Assembly (NCBI GenBank): GCA_003660975.1
Contig: QMVG01000008.1
Location: 1-36,099, forward strand
DNA length: 36,099 bases
Direction of reading: 5' to 3'
DNA from: Candidatus Micrarchaeota archaeon
GTDB taxonomy: Archaea > B1Sed10-29 > B47-G15
Made by a program: the position numbers and the translations under genes. The notes under the pieces are model-generated. The model saw only the letters and a list, made by a program, of their open reading frames with translations, was not told the DNA's origin and ran no database searches. The first letter of the stretch is position 1. Every line of letters begins with the position of its first letter. Shown piece by piece: positions 28,326 through 36,099 of this stretch.

Positions 28326-29405
28326 CTATACCTCCCTATTTATTAGGTATTCTGCTATGCCTATGAGATATTGCTTTGCTTCCTCAGCAAGCTCCACATT
28401 TTCTATTGCCTCCAAGGCCTCAGAAGCCAGCTCTCTTGCTTTATTTCTAGTGTAATCCAAAGCTCCTGTGTCCCTCATAATCTGCTTTGCTTCCTCAATC
28501 TCTTGCTCAGTTATATGCAGTTTTCCCAATAGGGACAGCAATTTCTTTTTCTGCTCAGGTGAGCCTTTCTCCAGAGCCTTTATAACCAGAATTGTTTTTT
28601 TACCATCTCTCAAATCACTGCCCACAGGTTTACCAAGCTTTTTCACATCTCCAAACATGCCTAAAATGTCATCCTGCAGTTGAAATGCCTGGCCAAGAGG
28701 AATAGCATAGTTGCTGAATGCCTCTCTCTGCTCTTCACTTCCTCCTCCCAATGCCCAGCCCATAAGCAATGGGGCTTCTATAGTGTATATGCTTGTTTTT
28801 GTTTTGTGTATATTCATCGTATGTTCCTCTGTGACCTCCTCTGCTTTCATCTCTTCTGATAACATGTCAAGAAACTGGCCGAAGTTTGTTGACTGGTTGG
28901 CATACTCATACACTTTGAGCGCTTCAACAATCCTTGCCTGGTCAAAACCAGAATTTAAAAGTGCTTCAACAGCTAGGCTCTGCACATAATCACCAGCTAT
29001 GATGGCCATTCCTTCTGAAAAACGCTTTGCCCTCATTTCGCTGCCTTGAAAGTGTTTTTTGTAATAATCCAGGTAAGCAACGTGCAAAGTGGGCCCTCCT
29101 CTCCTCAAATCATCCTGGTCCATAATATCATCATGGATCAGGAAATATCCCTCCATGAGTTCTATTGACGCAGAGGCTTTGTATATCTTATCCATCTCCT
29201 TTCCACCAACCCCCTCATAAGCAGCCACCATAAAAGCAGGTCTCAATCTCTTGCCTCCTCTCATGTTGTAGTCTCTAATCCATTCCAGATAATCGGCTGC
29301 TCCTGGGTACTCTTTTTTTGCATTTTCTATTTTCTCATCGAGCAATCGCTCTAACTCATCATTTATTTTCTCCCTGTATTCAGAAAGCTTTTTCAAAACA
29401 TCCAT
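28326..29405 (-). CDS. short-chain trans-prenyl diphosphate synthase A
   Basis: GGKRLRP, YFLIHDDIMDQDDLRRG, FQLQDDILG, GKPVGSDLRDGK. Confidence 0.92.
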   Translation of the reverse strand: MDVLKKLSEYREKINDELERLLDEKIENAKKEYPGAADYLEWIRDYNMRGGKRLRPAFMVAAYEGVGGKEMDKIYKASASIELMEGYFLIHDDIMDQDDLRRGGPTLHVAYLDYYKKHFQGSEMRAKRFSEGMAIIAGDYVQSLAVEALLNSGFDQARIVEALKVYEYANQSTNFGQFLDMLSEEMKAEEVTEEHTMNIHKTKTSIYTIEAPLLMGWALGGGSEEQREAFSNYAIPLGQAFQLQDDILGMFGDVKKLGKPVGSDLRDGKKTILVIKALEKGSPEQKKKLLSLLGKLHITEQEIEEAKQIMRDTGALDYTRNKARELASEALEAIENVELAEEAKQYLIGIAEYLINREV

Positions 29406-29415
29406 AATATCCACC

Positions 29416-30504
29416 TTAGAAGTCTCTCTCAACTATAAATCTGGTGAAAGCCTCAAGAGCCTCTTTTGCTCTGCCTTCCTTTAACAGGCCATTTACGTTT
29501 TCCCATGTCTCATTTACAAGCTCTCTTGCAAACTGCTTTGCATATTCTATAGAGCCGTATTTCTTCATGAGCTCTATTGCCTTTTTTATTTTTTCTCTGT
29601 CCTTTGTGTGCTCATTTAGTGTTTTTAGAAGCCATTCTTTTTCCTCATCTGTGCAATGCTTTAAGGTGTGCACTACCATTAATGTTCTCTTTCCCTCTGT
29701 TATGTCGCTTCCTATATATTCTTTCGTGTATTGGGCTTTGCCACTGGTAGCTGTTAAGTTTAAGATATCATCTTGTATCTGAAATGCTATTCCTATGGTC
29801 TCTGCATACTCTCCTATTTTTCTTTCATTTTCCTCGTCCAGGCCTGCCAGGACAGCAGCCATCCTTGCAGCCATTCTTGCCAATGTGCCTGTCTTGTATG
29901 CACACATCTGCAGATACTGCTCTTCAGTTATGTTGTCTGCATCGCCATGGCCATTGTGCCAATATATGTCTGTTCCCTGGCCAATGGAAATGTTTATCAT
30001 TTCCTGTGCATAGATGTCATACAATCTCTTCAACGTTTTTTCATCAACGCCAGGTCTGTTTTTAAGTATAGACACAAGAGGAAAATAATACATGCTATTG
30101 CCAAAGTTGATTGCGATGTCCTCCCCATACTTTATGTGCGCAGCTGGAAGCCCTCTTCTTGTCTCTGATTTGTCCTCTATGTCATCTATAACCAGTGTTC
30201 CGTTATGGACTAATTCTGGAATGATGGCAAAGTCAATATATCTGTTTGCATCTCCCCCTAAAGCTTCTATTAGGAGCATGAAGAGGACAGGTCTCCATCT
30301 CTTGCCCCCTGTTTCTAAAAAATCCCACATAGGTTCTATTATCGCTTTATTTACTGCTTCAACATCATATTCATACCTTGCCTTTCCAGCTATCTTTTCA
30401 ATGTCTTCTTTTGTCATTGGCTTTGGAAAATAACTTCGGATCATTCCATCTATCAGGGGTTTTTTCTGCTTCAAAATATCCGTAATTTTTATTTTGTCTG
30501 ACAT
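29416..30504 (-). CDS. trans-prenyl diphosphate synthase B (type III GGPPS-like motifs)
   Basis: GGKRWRP, HNGTLVIDDIEDKSETRRG, GQGTDIYW, FQIQDD; AGGTGA Shine-Dalgarno. Confidence 0.92.
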   Translation of the reverse strand: MSDKIKITDILKQKKPLIDGMIRSYFPKPMTKEDIEKIAGKARYEYDVEAVNKAIIEPMWDFLETGGKRWRPVLFMLLIEALGGDANRYIDFAIIPELVHNGTLVIDDIEDKSETRRGLPAAHIKYGEDIAINFGNSMYYFPLVSILKNRPGVDEKTLKRLYDIYAQEMINISIGQGTDIYWHNGHGDADNITEEQYLQMCAYKTGTLARMAARMAAVLAGLDEENERKIGEYAETIGIAFQIQDDILNLTATSGKAQYTKEYIGSDITEGKRTLMVVHTLKHCTDEEKEWLLKTLNEHTKDREKIKKAIELMKKYGSIEYAKQFARELVNETWENVNGLLKEGRAKEALEAFTRFIVERDF

Positions 30505-30580
30505 TTCTATATCACCTAAAACTCGTAATACTCTTTTTTGTGAGCGACTATATATAAAATTAACCACGTCAATTGTAGAA

Positions 30581-32110
30581 TCAACCCTTTAAGAGCAACC
30601 TGTTTACAACGAAATCCCTGTCCATGCTTGCAAGAAAAGGCCCTAATCTAGGTCCTCTGCTCTTCCCTATGAAAAGAAGATATATGGTTGAAAAGAGCTG
30701 CTTTACGTCTGTTTTCTTTCCCTCTTCATATATAACTGCTTGCAAGCTTTCACCATCTATGCCTTCCTTAACTTTTTCAGCTATTTTCTTTAAGGACTGC
30801 TTTGTTTTGTCATCTATTTCAAGCTCTGGCAAGGACTCTTTTACAGTGAATTTCACTTGCTCAGGCGCGTATTTCTTTACCCAGTTCCAGGCCAAAGCCA
30901 ACCTCCTTCTTGTTCTTCCTTTCCCTTCAATCTCTGGGTACAGTTTTCTTAAAACCTCAATCGCTTTCTCAATATCTCCCAAGGCAATCTGGATTGCATT
31001 TACACATGAGGAGAATGGGGGCTGTTCTGGCATTTCGTCTCTTTTCTCAATCACAGACAACCTGTACCTATCAACCTCATTCTCGTCAATCTCTTTTTCC
31101 TTGCCGTAATACATTCTCTCGGCCTTATCAAAATAGTTATATGTGTTCAACAAGTCCATGTCAAAGCTTATTTCAAATGACCTATTTATCCTCGTATTGT
31201 ACATATACCTTATAACTTCTGCTTCGTAAACCTCAAGCAGCTGGGAAACAGTTACAACATTCCCCGCGCTGCTGCTCATTTTCTCCTTCTGCCCTTTAAA
31301 GTAAACGAACTCATACATAGGGCCTATAAAACCTCTGCCACCGAAAACCTTTTTGTATATCGGTATTGTAGTTGTCATGCTCCCTCCTGCTGCCTGGTGT
31401 TCTTTTCCAGAGCTTTCGAAGTCAACATCATAATACGCCAGTCTCATAGGCCAGTCAACGCGCCATGGGAGCTTTATGATGCCTTTCCTTCTAAAATCAA
31501 ATTCCCCCTCATTGCCACAGTCACAGACATATTTTATTTTGTAATCGCCAAGCCATTCAAATCTTGTTGTGTCCTTTCCACATTTTTCACAGTAAACACG
31601 GGCTGGCATCCAGTCATCTGGAAGAGGCTCTTTTCTGTACTTGTCAAGCACCGACTTTATGAAATCTCTGTTTTCCAATGCCTTCTTTATTTCATCAGAG
31701 AAAACACCTTTTTCGTATTCTTCTCTCATGCTGATATATTTTGCTTCAACGCCACACTGCTCTGCTTCCTTCATGAATGCATCTTTGAAGTGGGAGGCAT
31801 AGGAATCATGACAGCCCCAAGGGTCTGGGGTTTTCGTTACAGGTAAGCCTATATACTCTTCCCATTCCTTTGGCACGCCTTTGGGCACTTTCCTGAATCT
31901 GTCGTAGTCATCCCAGACATACTGGTAAACAGCATTAACACCTATGTCCAACAGCGCCCTGTAAACGAAATCCTGGGTTAGCACTTCTCTGAAATTTCCC
32001 GCGTGTATTACTCCTGATGGAGTTATTCCTGACTCTACAATGTAGGTGTCCTTTTCCTTTGCTTTGATTATCTGCTCTGCATACTTGTAAGCCCAGTGGC
32101 TTTTCTCCAT
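30581..32110 (-). CDS. lysS: class I lysyl-tRNA synthetase
   Basis: SGITPSGVIHAGNFRE, KLPWRVDWPMR, KMSSSAGN, GPRLGPF. Confidence 0.96.
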   Translation of the reverse strand: MEKSHWAYKYAEQIIKAKEKDTYIVESGITPSGVIHAGNFREVLTQDFVYRALLDIGVNAVYQYVWDDYDRFRKVPKGVPKEWEEYIGLPVTKTPDPWGCHDSYASHFKDAFMKEAEQCGVEAKYISMREEYEKGVFSDEIKKALENRDFIKSVLDKYRKEPLPDDWMPARVYCEKCGKDTTRFEWLGDYKIKYVCDCGNEGEFDFRRKGIIKLPWRVDWPMRLAYYDVDFESSGKEHQAAGGSMTTTIPIYKKVFGGRGFIGPMYEFVYFKGQKEKMSSSAGNVVTVSQLLEVYEAEVIRYMYNTRINRSFEISFDMDLLNTYNYFDKAERMYYGKEKEIDENEVDRYRLSVIEKRDEMPEQPPFSSCVNAIQIALGDIEKAIEVLRKLYPEIEGKGRTRRRLALAWNWVKKYAPEQVKFTVKESLPELEIDDKTKQSLKKIAEKVKEGIDGESLQAVIYEEGKKTDVKQLFSTIYLLFIGKSRGPRLGPFLASMDRDFVVNRLLLKG

Positions 32111-32112
32111 AA

Positions 32113-32186
32113 CGGGCCCGACGGGATTTGAACCCGCGACAACTCGGTTAAGAGCCGAGTGCTCTACCAGGCTGAGCTACGGGCCC
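32113..32186 (-). tRNA. tRNA-Lys(CUU)
   Basis: Reverse complement GGGCCCGTAGCTCAG...CTCGG-CT CTT AA-CCGAG...GGGCCCG. Confidence 0.97.
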
Positions 32187-33455
32187 TTACTTCTTTTCCA
32201 AGCGTTTAAAGTCTAGGTATTTCCATAGTACTTTCGGTATGTCAACAGAACCATCTTCATTTTGGTTGTTCTCTATAATTGCTATCATGGTTCTGGAAGT
32301 TGCCAGAGCAGTGTTGTTTAACGTGTGAACATATCCCTTTTCTCCACCTTCCTTTCCAAATCTTATGTTCAACCTCCTTGCTTGGTAATCAGTGCAATTG
32401 GAATTAGAGCCAATTTCCTTATACTCTCCAGCACTCGGAAACCAGCCTTCAATATCATATTTCTTGGCAGCCACTGTTCCTATGTCACCAGTGCAAACAT
32501 TAACCACCCTGTAAGGTATCCCCAAACTTTCATATAACTCTTCTGCATTCCTCTGCAATTCTTCAAGAAAATCCCACGAATCTTCTGGAAGGCAGAATAT
32601 AAACTGTTCAACTTTGTTGAATTGGTGCATCCTGAACAGTCCCTTTGAATACTTCCCATGCGAGCCGACCTCTCTCCTGAAGCAGGGGCTTATCCCAGTC
32701 AGCTTTATCGGAAGCTCTGCTGGGTCTATTATCTCATCCATAAACATGGCTGCCATTGGGTGTTCTGATGTTGCTATTAGATACAGGTCATCATTTTCTA
32801 TTTTATACATAACGGTTTCAAAGTCAGCAAGGTCAGTAACGCCTTCATATGCTCTCCTGTTCATCATATAGGGCGGTTCTACTGCCACATAGCCTTTCTT
32901 TCTCATGTGGTCCAGTGCAAAGTTTATGAGAGCATAGTCAAGCTTTACAAGGTCATCCTTTATGTAGTAGAATCTGGCCCCTGCCACTTTGGCTCCTCTC
33001 TCAATGTCTATGAGGCCCAGCGCCTCAAGAATTTCTATGTGGTTTTTTACAGGGAAGTCAAAATCTTTTGGCTCGCCCCAACGCTTTATCTCAACATTGT
33101 CCTTTTCATCTTCCCCGTATGGAACTGAATCATGGAGCAAATTAGGCAATTGCATCCACAAGTGTTTTCTTTTCTTTCCGAGTTCTTCATATTCCTTTTC
33201 TTTACGCTTTATCTCAACATTTATTTTCTTGACTGCTTTTTGCAACTCTTTACTGTCTTTCCCTTTCTTTCTCATCTCTGCTATCTGGGTGCTCTTTTCG
33301 TTTCTCTCTTTTCTCAATCTGTCTATTTCTTTCTTCAATTCTCTCCATTTTTTATCCAGAGATATCAAGTCATCTAATGGAAAATCGCTTTTTCTCTTTT
33401 CCAGGTTTTTTCTAACAACTTCTGGTTTTTCCCTTATCAGCTTTATGTCGATCAT
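32187..33455 (-). CDS. serS: seryl-tRNA synthetase (standard type)
   Basis: MIDIKLIRE start, LIATSEHP, CFRRE, GLFRMHQFNKVEQF, SNCTDYQARRL, HTLNNT. Confidence 0.97.
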   Translation of the reverse strand: MIDIKLIREKPEVVRKNLEKRKSDFPLDDLISLDKKWRELKKEIDRLRKERNEKSTQIAEMRKKGKDSKELQKAVKKINVEIKRKEKEYEELGKKRKHLWMQLPNLLHDSVPYGEDEKDNVEIKRWGEPKDFDFPVKNHIEILEALGLIDIERGAKVAGARFYYIKDDLVKLDYALINFALDHMRKKGYVAVEPPYMMNRRAYEGVTDLADFETVMYKIENDDLYLIATSEHPMAAMFMDEIIDPAELPIKLTGISPCFRREVGSHGKYSKGLFRMHQFNKVEQFIFCLPEDSWDFLEELQRNAEELYESLGIPYRVVNVCTGDIGTVAAKKYDIEGWFPSAGEYKEIGSNSNCTDYQARRLNIRFGKEGGEKGYVHTLNNTALATSRTMIAIIENNQNEDGSVDIPKVLWKYLDFKRLEKK

Positions 33456-33487
33456 AGTTATCTCCAAGCATTTCTCATTTAAATTAA

Positions 33488-33569
33488 CGCTGGGAGTGGG
33501 ACTCGAACCCACGAACCCTTGCGGGAACCAGCTCTCCAGGCTGGCGCGTTGCCACTCCGCCATCCCAGC
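33488..33569 (-). tRNA. tRNA-Ser(GGA)
   Basis: GCTGGGA/TCCCAGC acceptor stem, CCAGC-CT GGA GA-GCTGG anticodon arm, long variable arm CCC-GCAA-GGG, G discriminator. Confidence 0.95.
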
Positions 33570-33574
33570 ATAGT

Positions 33575-33646
33575 TCTAACTCTAAGCCCTTTTTACAGCA
33601 GCCTGAGAAATGGAGGCTGCGTCTAGCATGAGGACTTAGAATCAGA
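33575..33646 (-). ncRNA. long hairpin RNA directly 5' of tRNA-Ser
   Basis: 16-bp outer stem with 3 G-U pairs on the minus strand plus a 7-bp inner stem. Confidence 0.55.
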
Positions 33647-33937
33647 CAAAGATACTGCTATTGAAATCTTAAAATCTCCTGTGACAACAATAGCAGCCAT
33701 CATTACTTTTTTAAATAATCTTATTTTTATTGTTTTCGGAGAAAACAGTAGTTGGCAAAGTTGATAAACCTGTTGGCTCTTGAGCTATAAATTCTTTCTG
33801 AAATTTTAAGAAAACATACTCTGAACAGAGTAAAATTTAATGGATTTCTTACAAAACTAATCAAATTTCAATAAAAATACTATAATTAGAGATAATTACA
33901 GCTAACAAAATCAATTCAGAATCCTATAAAGCAATTG

Positions 33938-35303
33938 TTATCCACCGCCTGGATCTAAGAAAGAACAAATAGTATAGAGCATTACTCCGAACATCTTGGC
34001 CGTAATAAAAGGTTCTTTCGGAATAAACTTCAGAACAACCAAACCAACCAAAATATTAGCCAATATCCACAGATTGTATAAGCAAGCCGAAAACATAAAG
34101 TAGAAGAACCTAACAACATACCTCTTAGATGTCGTTCTTGCCTTGAAATCTTGCTTAACTCTATAGGAAGTTTCTATTTCCCATCTTTTTCCGTACAACT
34201 CAAATGGGTATTGAGCATTTTCTTCTTTTACATTAAGATTTGTAGCAAACACCCTTTTAACTTCGTTTTCGTCATTGACTATAACCAACTTAAACTTAAC
34301 CTGATCGAAATTCTTTCTTCCCATCACATAATCTAAGATTTTAGGAGCTTCGTATTCCTTCATCAATTTCTTAATTGCTGTATTCTGAACGGCTGGCATT
34401 AACTACTTTACCTTATGCTCCTGCAAAACCTGAATACATTTAACATTAAAGAAACCTCTATCAACATAAACATTATTGATGTTGATTTTCTTTTTAGCAT
34501 AAGCTAATAACTCATTAAGAACTTTATGTTTTTGGGAAAACACACCCATGAGAGTAGCCAATAAAGTAAACCTTCTCCCACTTTCAACAATGTTAATTGT
34601 AGCGAATCTAAAACAATGCGTAGTTCCCTTTTGAGGTTTTGTTTCGCAAACCATTAAATCGTTCTTATCTCCGTAGTAAAGCCAATCATGTAGATCAGCG
34701 GCAACATCTAACTTTTTCTTCTTGAAAACATTGTTTTTCTTAGCTATTCTGAAAATTTCTTCAAACGCTTTCATGAAAGATTTTTAATTCCTCTGTGTCA
34801 AATTTCCTTATATGATAAAGCAAAGTATTGGAAGCGGGTGTATTTTCCTTCATAACAAATCTGAATGTTCTAGAACCATTGTGTGTAAAATCATGATTCA
34901 TAGCGATATGCGTTAGCAGATCGAGAAATTTGCTCGTGTCGTATTTTGCAGTATAGTGAAGTTTAAAATCAAGATAAGGATAAACTGTTTCTTTGATTAA
35001 TTTGCACAGCTTTCTTAGTTCCTTAGTTTTAGATTGTTCTATATCCTTGTGATTCAAATTAAACTTGATCGGTTTAACAAGTTTACTTGTAGGAGTGAAC
35101 TTGGCATTACAATCCTTACACTTGTATCTTTGTTTCTTACCATCTTTTGTTATGTTATATCCGAACTTAACGACATTAGATGAACCACAAAATCTGCAAA
35201 CAACATTATCCTTATCGGTTTTTCTAAACCTTCCAGATTTGTTTCTAGAAATATTTTTATATTCTCTCTTCCTACTGTCTTTTGTGAGGTTTGGTTTTCG
35301 CAT
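33938..35303 (-). pseudogene. disrupted ISH3/IS4-like DDE transposase with N-terminal Zn ribbon
   Basis: Three collinear ORFs; CRFC..KQRYKCKDC, ADLHD, VDRGF, YGKRWEIETSYR; frameshift near 34770 and in-frame TAG at 34403-34405. Confidence 0.85.
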
Positions 35304-35492
35304 GGGAACCGCCTCACCCAGAGGGTTGGACCCCGCAAAGCCGCCTCTGGTTATCTTAGTTATGTTTTTTACATATTATATATGTTAATAGCACAACTAA
35401 TATTTAAATATTTCTATAGTTAAGTATATGGGTTATCCGATAAATTTATAAACTTTAAACAAATTAATTATGTTATAGGCATAGGTGTTAAA

Positions 35493-35957
35493 ATGAGATA
35501 TAGAGATTTGGCTTCATTTGGAAAACGTCAAGAATTCATAGCAATAGCAGAGCTCTTAAGAAGAGGTTTCGATGTAAATATTCCATTGGTTGATGATCAA
35601 CAAGTAGATTGCATAATAAGGAAAATTGTGAATGGAAAACCAGTTTATGTGGATATTCAAATAAAGGCCAGATCAAAAGACTGTAAGCCTTATAACGCAG
35701 CGAGATTTGCCGCAATGACAATAAATCCAAGAGATAATTATTTTTTCATCTTCTACTCTGAGCAGTTAGATACTTATTGGGTTATACCTTCAAAAGAACT
35801 TGTAAAAATAGCCAGCCAAAACAAAAAAGGAAAAAATAAAGGGAAATACCATATAAATCTTGCTGGCTATAGTAAAACCAAAAAGCTCGTTTATCCTCTT
35901 CAAAAATTCAAGAAATATGAAAATAATTTTAAATTATTGGAAGAGTTTAGAGGTTGA
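35493..35957 (+). CDS. PD-(D/E)XK restriction-endonuclease-like protein
   Basis: GKRQE, VDD..VDC, DIQIK. Confidence 0.75.
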   Translation: MRYRDLASFGKRQEFIAIAELLRRGFDVNIPLVDDQQVDCIIRKIVNGKPVYVDIQIKARSKDCKPYNAARFAAMTINPRDNYFFIFYSEQLDTYWVIPSKELVKIASQNKKGKNKGKYHINLAGYSKTKKLVYPLQKFKKYENNFKLLEEFRG

Positions 35958-35963
35958 TGTAGA

Positions 35964-36099
35964 ATGACAGAGCCATTACCTAAATGGGAAAACAAAATGA
36001 GGATAGAAAAATTAAAACCTGGAATGATTGTAACATGTAAAAGATGGAAAGAACCTATTGAAATTAAAAAAATTGATAGAGTGGGCAAATATATACATA
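35964..36099 (+). CDS. 5' part of a CDS, possibly an SNF2-type helicase of a defence island
   Basis: Open to the window end: MTEPLPKWENKMRIEKLKPGMIVTCKRWKEPIEIKKIDRVGKYIH; the helicase call is recalled N-terminal resemblance only. Confidence 0.4.
   Translation, partial: MTEPLPKWENKMRIEKLKPGMIVTCKRWKEPIEIKKIDRVGKYIH

Noticed and set aside
33456-33563. N-terminal extension of SerRS in the ORF track
   Set aside because: It is a translation of the tRNA-Ser gene; the real start is MIDIKL at 33455
33627-33764. Plus-strand protein-like frame (EDLESDK...FIVFG...)
   Set aside because: Short, with no convincing start or RBS; at most a remnant
34403-34405. In-frame TAG as pyrrolysine or recoding
   Set aside because: The same gene also has a frameshift, and TAG serves as a normal stop elsewhere (e.g. 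L31e); decay is simpler
35312-35320. CTGGGTGAG upstream of the transposase (minus strand) matching the repeat start
   Set aside because: Only 9 nt and coincides with the SD-like sequence; likely chance
33900-35450. Terminal inverted repeats of the IS
   Set aside because: None convincingly found by eye; GTTATCC near both ends is short and in direct orientation

Overview
Gene-dense archaeal chromosome segment. A small-genome/DPANN-like lineage is plausible but is inference only. Bases 1-16.4 kb hold an archaellin, tRNA-Lys(UUU), a transglutaminase-like protein, tRNA-Gly, the rpp21-S19e-PDCD5-L39e-L31e-aIF6-prefoldin-ftsY-srp54-trmY-pus10 cluster, a prepilin peptidase, GGGP synthase and RPA-radA. 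Bases 16.4-22.6 kb are an accessory signalling region: two KaiC-like ATPases, Lrp, an HTH-UbiA-V4R operon, TrmB and a PD-(D/E)XK nuclease. Most of it is bracketed by two 67-bp, 66/67-identical GC-rich structured elements that look like paralogous small RNAs or recombination sites. Bases 22.6-33.6 kb hold deoxyhypusine synthase, an archaeal (AcnX/UbiD/UbiX/IPK) mevalonate operon with a type-1 IDI and two distinct prenyl diphosphate synthases, and an array in which each tRNA directly precedes its cognate synthetase (hairpin-tRNA-Ser-serS-tRNA-Lys-lysS). Beyond 33.6 kb is an AT-rich island with a broken ISH3/IS4-like transposase, a restriction-like nuclease and the start of a probable helicase. 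All protein calls come from recognising motifs by eye; no searches were run.
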